Assembly: GCF_004010195.1 (NCBI RefSeq)
Contig: NC_057728.1
Span: forward strand, 49,795,476-49,859,475
Reading direction: 5' to 3'
Origin: Chiloscyllium plagiosum
Lineage: Eukaryota
Length of the DNA: 64,000 nt
This document shows positions 63,403 through 64,000 of the stretch, piece by piece (position 1 is the first letter of the stretch; each line of letters opens with the position of its first letter). Position numbers and translations under genes: made by a program. The notes under the pieces were generated by a model. That model was not told the origin of the DNA. It saw nothing but the letters and a program-made list of their open reading frames with translations, and made no database searches.

Positions 63403-63890
63403 AGCTGTGATGTGGAGGAGCCGGTGTTGGACTGGGGTGGACAAAGTTAAAAATCACACAACACCAGGTTATAGTCCAACAGGTTTAATTGGAAACACGA
63501 GCGTTTGGAGTGCTGCTCCTTCATCAGGTGGTTGTGGAGCAGGACCATAAGACCATAGTCTTTTGCTATAGATTCTGTGTCTTGTAGTCCTGCTTCACAG
63601 CTGTGATGTGGAGGAGCCAGTGTTGGATTGGGGTGGACAAAGTTAAAAATCACACAACACCAGGTTATAGTCCAACAGGTTTAGTTGGAAACACGAGCGT
63701 TTGGAGTGCTGCTCCTTCATCAGGTGGTTGTGGAGCAGGACCATAAGACCATAGTCTTTTGCTATAGATTCTGTGTCTTGTAGTCCTGCTTCACAACCAC
63801 CTGATGAAGGAGTTGCACTACAAAAGCTAGTGCTTCCAAATAAACCTGTTGGACTATAACCTCGTGTTGTGTGATTTTTAACTTTGTCCA
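63403..63890. repeat. Family B hammerhead repeat: two tandem 196-bp units plus an inverted terminal copy
   Basis: 63403-63598 is nearly identical to 63599-63794. + strand CTGATGA at 63801. TSD tccatg(t/c)agctg at 63396-63407 and 63887-63898. Confidence 0.85.
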
Positions 63891-64000
63891 TGCAGCTGAG
63901 CTTCATGAACAAGAAGAACTTCCTCCTCTCTGCGTCCTCAGAGGATTGCTCCCATTCACCATCATCCAGAACATCTCCTTGCTGCTTGCTCCAATTGTGC

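Overview
Repeat-dominated vertebrate genomic DNA, most likely from a shark (inferred from HE1-type V-SINEs paired with HER1/CR1 LINEs and SacSINE1-like Deu-SINEs). Two intron-containing genes point away from each other across a ~30-kb intergenic region. On the - strand are the first two coding exons of plakophilin-2 (13502-13313 and 4843-4734). On the + strand are the first three coding exons of a divergent CD9/TSPAN2-type tetraspanin (43553-43615, 51201-51303, 59289-59386), none of which appear in the ORF track. The rest is CR1 LINEs (one near full length), Neptune-type Penelope-like elements (PLEs), several SINE families, two solo LTRs, a Tigger-type MITE, a tRNA-Ile relic, minisatellites and a 155-N gap. 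The most striking unannotated structure is roughly 30 copies or fragments of short elements built around minimal hammerhead-ribozyme cores (CUGANGA-stemII-GAAA-palindromic stemIII-UH). They fall into four sequence families with covarying stems; the commonest family has a fixed 3' end about 100 nt past the predicted cleavage site and 5' breakpoints or inversions clustered at the ribozyme. Repeat boundaries were read by eye and are approximate unless a TSD is given.
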